From Terriglobia bacterium (GTDB lineage Bacteria > Acidobacteriota > Terriglobia > 20CM-2-55-15), in the NCBI GenBank assembly GCA_963664115.2, contig CAXWPJ010000012.1, positions 128,001 to 192,000 on the forward strand: a stretch of DNA of 64,000 nucleotides, given 5' to 3'. Numbering within the stretch: position 1 is the stretch's first letter; each line of letters begins with the position of its first letter. Under the pieces are notes generated by a model. It was not told where the DNA came from, did no database searches, and worked only from the letters and a program-made list of their open reading frames with translations. Position numbers and translations under genes: made by a program. This document shows, one piece after another, positions 58,876 through 64,000 of this stretch.

Positions 58876-60159
58876 GTGAGCCAATCAGAAGCCGCTATCC
58901 CAACACAAATGCACTGGTACTCGACCATTACGCGATACCAATGGAAAATCTTGCTTGCAGCAAAGCTCGGTTGGATGTTGGACGCGATGGATTTCATGCT
59001 GTACGCGATAGCGGTCAGCGAACTCGCAGCCTACTTCGGGTTCAGCGACGCCACTGCGGGCATCCTGGGGACCGTCGCTCTCGCGACCTCCGCCCTCGGA
59101 GGCATCACTTTCGGTTTCGTCGCAGACCGCGTGGGCCGGACGCGCGCACTGATGTTCACGATCCTCATCTTCTCGCTGGCGTCACTCGGGACCGCGACTT
59201 CCCAATCTTTACTCCAGCTGTTGCTGTGGCGCGCCTTGCTCGGAATCGGCATGGGTGGCGAATGGGCTACAGGCGCGGTGCTCATCAGCGAGACGTGGCC
59301 ACCAGCCCATCGCAATAAAGCAATCAGCATCATGCAGACGGGTTGGGCACTGGGGTACCTCCTGGCCGCGGTTCTCGGGGCCATCATACTGGGCTCGGCC
59401 TGGCTGGGTGCCGATTCGTGGCGGCTGTTGTTTGCCCTGGGAGCGGCTCCGGCCTTGCTGGTGCTGTGGGTGCGTCGCAGCGTTGAAGAGCCGGCTGTCT
59501 GGACCGAACAGCGTGCCACTCCCCGGAGCCAGCGCCCAAACCAGTTCGCCGTGATATTCGGTCGAGACCTCATTGGCCGGACGCTGTTGATTATCCTGCT
59601 CAGCTCCACAGTCCAGTTCGCTTACTGGGGCGTGTTCTTCTGGCTGCCGGCTTTTCTCGCCAGACCCATCGCAGACGGGGGCGCCGGTATGGGCATTGTC
59701 GGCTCACTCGGGTGGATCATTCCCGTGCAGGTCGGGGCGTACTTTGGATACCTCACCTTCGGATTTATCGCAGACAAGATCGGACGGCGGCGCACCTTCG
59801 TCATGTTCATGCTCGCGGCGGCGGTTCTGGTTCCGGTCTACGGACAGATGGCGCGCAGCCCGCTGATCCTCTTGCTGCTTAGCCCTCTTCTGGGCTACGT
59901 CGGCCACGGTTACCTTTCAATGTTCGGCAGCTTCATCTCCGAACTGTTCCCGACATCGGTGCGTGCGACCGGCCAGGGAACCAGTTTCAGCATCGGCCGT
60001 CTGATCGGCGGTCTGGCACCCTTCGTCATTGGTTATCTCGGGGCCTTGCCGGGAGTCGGTATCGGCCTGGCGCTCGGCATCACCTCGGGATTCTTTTTGT
60101 TGGCAGCTCTTTTGGTTTTCACGCTTCCCGACAGGAGCGGCCAGCCGCTCGAAGCTTAA
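58876..60159 (+). CDS. MFS transporter (sugar/aromatic-acid type)
   Basis: ADRVGRTRAL, GMGGEW, SELFPTSVRATG. Confidence 0.92.
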   Translation: MSQSEAAIPTQMHWYSTITRYQWKILLAAKLGWMLDAMDFMLYAIAVSELAAYFGFSDATAGILGTVALATSALGGITFGFVADRVGRTRALMFTILIFSLASLGTATSQSLLQLLLWRALLGIGMGGEWATGAVLISETWPPAHRNKAISIMQTGWALGYLLAAVLGAIILGSAWLGADSWRLLFALGAAPALLVLWVRRSVEEPAVWTEQRATPRSQRPNQFAVIFGRDLIGRTLLIILLSSTVQFAYWGVFFWLPAFLARPIADGGAGMGIVGSLGWIIPVQVGAYFGYLTFGFIADKIGRRRTFVMFMLAAAVLVPVYGQMARSPLILLLLSPLLGYVGHGYLSMFGSFISELFPTSVRATGQGTSFSIGRLIGGLAPFVIGYLGALPGVGIGLALGITSGFFLLAALLVFTLPDRSGQPLEA

Positions 60160-60303
60160 TTACGAAGACGGTGGCAGAAGAAGATCTGCCAGGTGTTTCC
60201 CAATACGGAATTTCGGGGACAACATTTGGTTGACAGTGCAAATGCACGGCTCGATGATGACGGTTATGAACAAACGGATCATGGCGGCAGGTCAATCATA
60301 CCG

Positions 60304-62115
60304 ATGACACGCGCTAAGCTTTCGAGAGCTGCAATTTTCCCGCTCCTGTGCCTCGCTCCATTGTTAGGTGAGGCGGCTGGTGCCGATCTGGACCTGCCGA
60401 CGCCACCCGCGCATTACGCAAGTTTCGACGCTGACCTGGCCGGCATCCGTCTGCTGAACACATTGCTGCCGGAAATGGATGTCGAATCTCAGCGGATGGT
60501 TCAGCAGTTCCTGAGTCCCCGCCCAGCTGGGACTATGCCTGCCCTACCCCGTTCTGACGCCTTGACCTTGCTGCGTTCACTCAACCTCGAACCGTTCCGC
60601 AGCGAGGTTCTGGAATTGCTGATACACCATTCCAGTGTTCTCGACGTTGTCCCTGATGGCGCATCCGACTGGATTCCCGTCGTCCACGATTCACTCTTGT
60701 TTTTCCTGGATGGATTGGGCGAGGAACGGCTTTTCGAACGGATTCTGAACTTGACCTACATGCCCGCAGGTACGGGTCGGGGGGACCGCTTACTCAAGTT
60801 CACGGACAGAACAGCCTCCCTGCAGAAGATCGGCCAGATTCTGGCTCGCAACCCGAACCTGTCTCCCGACCTCCGCTTGTCTCTCCAGACGCTCGAGAAC
60901 GGCATCGCCACTTCAGACGCCGATGAGATTACCGAATTCATTAAGGAGGACATCGGTCAGGAAGCTCTCGATACGTTTCAGGTCCGATTCGCTGAAGGTA
61001 TCCTGGCTGAGGCCAGCGTCGGAGCGGTCATGCGTGCCACCCTCGTACAGACAGCAGAAGACGGAGAAGAAGATATCGTTTTCAAGGTCGTCAAGCCCTA
61101 TGTCCTGGAGTCTCTGCCGCGTGAACTCGAAATACTCGATCAACTCTCCCTGTTCTTCGAGGAAAACAGCGGTGCCTACGGCCTCGGTGACATTCCGCTC
61201 TCCGACACCTTTCGGGATGTCAAGACGGCGCTTTCGAGTGAAATCCGCATTGTGGACGAGCAGCGCAACCTGGTCCTGGCTGAAACCTACTACGCCGATG
61301 ACGACACGATTCGGGTACCTCACCTGTATTCGCTTTCGACACCGAACGTTACAGCGATGGAGTTTGTGGTTGGAGACAAAATCACGGATGCGCATCTGGG
61401 CCAGCCGGCCGCACGGCAGAAGATGGCCGAGCGTCTGAGCGACGTTCTCACCATCGATGTCATTTTTTCCCCGGCGGAAGAAGCCATATTCCACGGCGAT
61501 CCTCACGCCGGCAATGTCTTCCATGTTTCTGAAGACGCATCGGATCCGTACCAGATCGCCCTGTTGGATTGGGGACTCTACGGCAGTTTTCCTCGCGCGC
61601 AGCGTGAACAACTCGTCCAACTGGTGCTCGGCGTCCATCTCGGAAACACCAAGCGCATAGAAAATAATGTGGGGGCGCTGATTGAGGAATGGCCACCGGC
61701 CTCGGCCGCAGAATACGACACGATCAGAGAAATCGTGGGCGAAGTGGTGCGGCAGAAGTCCACGATATTCCCCACCCTTCAGAACCTCATCGTTCGTCTG
61801 GCCACGGCCGGATTTCAAACCCGCTTCAACATCGCGCTCTTCATCAAGTCACAAATAACCATTGCGGGAATGCTGCTGGAACTGGATCCCGAATTTGATC
61901 AGGATGACTATATGCTTGATCGGGCAACCGGTTTGGTCTGGAAGGAATTTCCCAGGCACTTGCTCAACGTCGTTTGGTTTCCCGCATGGAATTCGCACAA
62001 TTACCGAAGCATGCTTTCCAACGAGGACATCCGGGACATGTGGACCCGACAGGTCGGCAGATTCTTCAAGAGAGTCGGTGGCGGCCTGGCCCGGGTTGTG
62101 ACTGCTCCCTTCTGA
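60304..62115 (+). CDS. ABC1/UbiB/AarF atypical kinase
   Basis: KIGQILA, EASVG, VFKV, FHGDPHAGN, LLDWG. Confidence 0.88.
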   Translation: MTRAKLSRAAIFPLLCLAPLLGEAAGADLDLPTPPAHYASFDADLAGIRLLNTLLPEMDVESQRMVQQFLSPRPAGTMPALPRSDALTLLRSLNLEPFRSEVLELLIHHSSVLDVVPDGASDWIPVVHDSLLFFLDGLGEERLFERILNLTYMPAGTGRGDRLLKFTDRTASLQKIGQILARNPNLSPDLRLSLQTLENGIATSDADEITEFIKEDIGQEALDTFQVRFAEGILAEASVGAVMRATLVQTAEDGEEDIVFKVVKPYVLESLPRELEILDQLSLFFEENSGAYGLGDIPLSDTFRDVKTALSSEIRIVDEQRNLVLAETYYADDDTIRVPHLYSLSTPNVTAMEFVVGDKITDAHLGQPAARQKMAERLSDVLTIDVIFSPAEEAIFHGDPHAGNVFHVSEDASDPYQIALLDWGLYGSFPRAQREQLVQLVLGVHLGNTKRIENNVGALIEEWPPASAAEYDTIREIVGEVVRQKSTIFPTLQNLIVRLATAGFQTRFNIALFIKSQITIAGMLLELDPEFDQDDYMLDRATGLVWKEFPRHLLNVVWFPAWNSHNYRSMLSNEDIRDMWTRQVGRFFKRVGGGLARVVTAPF

Positions 62116-62164
62116 GCTCTTTCGTTTCCGGCGGGTGTCTTTTCAAGCGGTGCCTGGTGAATTG

Positions 62165-63559
62165 CTACCGCTTCATGGACATGAACAAGTTGTTCAGGGA
62201 CTCGGCGAGCGTGGGATGAGCGAAGACGCCATCGCGGATCGCGGTATAGCTTACACCTCCCAACATCGCCATCTGCAGCAGGGACATCACTTCGCCGCCC
62301 TCGATTCCGAGAATGGCGCACCCTAGGATGCGGTCCGTGTCGGCATCGACAATCGCTTTCATAAATCCCCGCGTTTCGTCCATCTCGATGGCACGCGCGA
62401 CATGGGTCATCGGCAGCTTTGCGACACGAATATTGCGTCCTTCCCTGCGGGCTTCGGTTTCGGTGAGACCGACCCTGCCAAGCTGAGGGTCAATGAATAC
62501 AGCATAGGGCACCAGCCGGCCTTCGGTCGTGGCCGAACCACCTTTGAGCAAGTTCGTTTCGACGATGCGGTAGTCATCGTATGAAATGTGGGTAAATGCG
62601 GGTCCGCCTTTTACATCGCCCAGGGCGTAAACGCCTTGGGCGCTCGACTCGAGTCGTTCGTTGACCTTGACGAATCCTCGCCCATCGGTTTCGATACCTG
62701 CGGACGCCAGATTGAGGCGGTCACTGTTCGGCACACGGCCGGCCGCAGCGAGGAGGTGGGAACCGGATTTGATGCGATCACCTTCCCTGGTCCGCACGGC
62801 CAAGTCAATCTGTCCATCAGCACGTCGCGACACGGCAATTGCCTCGGTGTCGAGCAGGACCTCTATCCCCTCTCCGCGAAGTATCGTTGCGATTTCCCCG
62901 GAAACGTCCGGATCTTCGCGATTCAGCAGCTGCGTGCCACGTTGAATAATGGTGACCTCGCTGCCGAAGCGGCGAAACATCTGTCCAAATTCCAATCCGA
63001 TATAACCGCCTCCGAGCACGAGGAGATGCTCGGGAACCGCGTCGAGTTCCATGATCGAAGCGTTGTCCAATATCGTCACGTCCGGAGTGTCGATGTTGGG
63101 GGGAATCGCAGGACGAGTGCCGGTGTTGATAAAAATCTTAGCGGCGTTCAATATCCGTGTCTGACCCTCCAGAGTCGTCACTTCAACAGCATGGGGACCC
63201 TGGAAGCGCGCCTCTCCGCGTAGCAGTTCCAATCCTCGGGTGCGATCCAGACCCTTCTCACTACCCACTCGAAAACTTGTCACGACATCCTGCTTCCGCT
63301 GGCGCACCCGAGCGAGGTCAACCGTTACGGGACCGGAAATGATGCCGTAGTCCGGGCCACGACGGGCGAGGTGTGCGATTCGGGCGCTCGCGACCATCGT
63401 CTTCGTAGGCGTACAGCCAACGTTGATGCACGAACCACCAACCGCATCCCGTTCGACTACGGCGGTCTTCCATCCGGCCTTCGCCAGACTGACGGCCAAT
63501 GGCTTCCCGGCCTGGCCCGTACCGATGATCACCGCATCGTGTGTATCGTTGTTGGACAT
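62165..63559 (-). CDS. Pyridine nucleotide-disulfide oxidoreductase (mercuric-reductase-like)
   Basis: [13 protein letters not shown] redox disulfide, [11 protein letters not shown]; no C-terminal CC pair. Confidence 0.88.
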   Translation of the reverse strand: MSNNDTHDAVIIGTGQAGKPLAVSLAKAGWKTAVVERDAVGGSCINVGCTPTKTMVASARIAHLARRGPDYGIISGPVTVDLARVRQRKQDVVTSFRVGSEKGLDRTRGLELLRGEARFQGPHAVEVTTLEGQTRILNAAKIFINTGTRPAIPPNIDTPDVTILDNASIMELDAVPEHLLVLGGGYIGLEFGQMFRRFGSEVTIIQRGTQLLNREDPDVSGEIATILRGEGIEVLLDTEAIAVSRRADGQIDLAVRTREGDRIKSGSHLLAAAGRVPNSDRLNLASAGIETDGRGFVKVNERLESSAQGVYALGDVKGGPAFTHISYDDYRIVETNLLKGGSATTEGRLVPYAVFIDPQLGRVGLTETEARREGRNIRVAKLPMTHVARAIEMDETRGFMKAIVDADTDRILGCAILGIEGGEVMSLLQMAMLGGVSYTAIRDGVFAHPTLAESLNNLFMSMKR

Positions 63560-63665
63560 CTTGCCTCACGCCGGCCAGCGGCCAGCCTCTAAAATGATGG
63601 TGTCTTTTGACTGCTCTGTGTTCTGCCGGTGATCTGCCATCTCGGTGAGCTGAGCTTTCGAATCG

Positions 63666-64000
63666 CTACCAGTATTTTTCGACGTGGATCTGGCCCGGCT
63701 CCTTCTTTTTATGTTCCCGGAATCCGTCCCTTTCCAAAATCTTCACCACGTCCTCGATCATGGCGGGATTGCCACAGACATAGACGTCCGTGTCTTGGGG
63801 AGACGGATTGAAGCCCCAGGCGTCTGTTAGCTGGGTGCTTCCCCAGAGGTCCTGAACATAGCCGGCCGTACCACTCCAGGGAGCGACTTCTACCTTGGGA
63901 CGGCTGATGATGGGCATGTAGGTAAAGTTGGGGCAAATCCTGTCCAAGGTCATCAGCTCACTTCTGTAACCCAGATCGTAGGAATGACGCACACCGTGTA
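63666..64000 (-). CDS. Ferredoxin--NADP+ reductase, C-terminal part (runs off window end)
   Basis: HGVRHSYDL, ISRP, GYVQD, YVCGNPAM, terminal EKYW. Confidence 0.85.
   Translation of the reverse strand, partial: HGVRHSYDLGYRSELMTLDRICPNFTYMPIISRPKVEVAPWSGTAGYVQDLWGSTQLTDAWGFNPSPQDTDVYVCGNPAMIEDVVKILERDGFREHKKKEPGQIHVEKYW

Noticed and set aside
62165-63559. Mercury resistance gene merA
   Set aside because: Lacks the C-terminal Cys-Cys pair and NmerA domain, and there is no mer operon

Overview
GC-rich bacterial chromosome segment, most likely Acidobacteriota (inferred from gene style). Positions 1-21.6 kb and 53-64 kb hold ordinary genes: an ECF sigma/anti-sigma/Spy-like operon, TonB receptor, glycerate kinase, hpt, a GAF-PP2C phosphatase, suhB, a block of secreted enzymes with three B3-like metallo-beta-lactamase-fold genes, a LigI-like hydrolase, a fused E1 alpha/beta dehydrogenase, an MFS transporter, an ABC1 kinase and a MerA-like reductase. 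Between them lies a ~31 kb accessory region (21.7-52.9 kb) ending at a tRNA-Val(CAC) next to a decaying tyrosine integrase. The main discovery is in this region. About a dozen copies of an imperfect palindrome with dif-like 11-6-11 spacing (consensus ATTCTCA-ACGTCCGAGAA-GATGAT-TTNTCAGGACT-TGA) bracket gene modules in inverted orientation. Several modules are hollowed-out Ser/Thr-kinase genes: only the first codons (MESGTKLG...) and last codons (INIVLNWFEELKERVPVP*) remain, and the interior carries unrelated cargo (FMO, cyclase, NfeD-SPFH). Another module has ~100-bp inverted repeats with a canonical XerD-like arm. The palindromes are hit by IS elements, including an IS1111-type IS110 whose non-coding end contains loops matching the palindrome and its own donor junction (a putative bridge/seek RNA). 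All functional interpretations are by-eye inferences and need computational confirmation.
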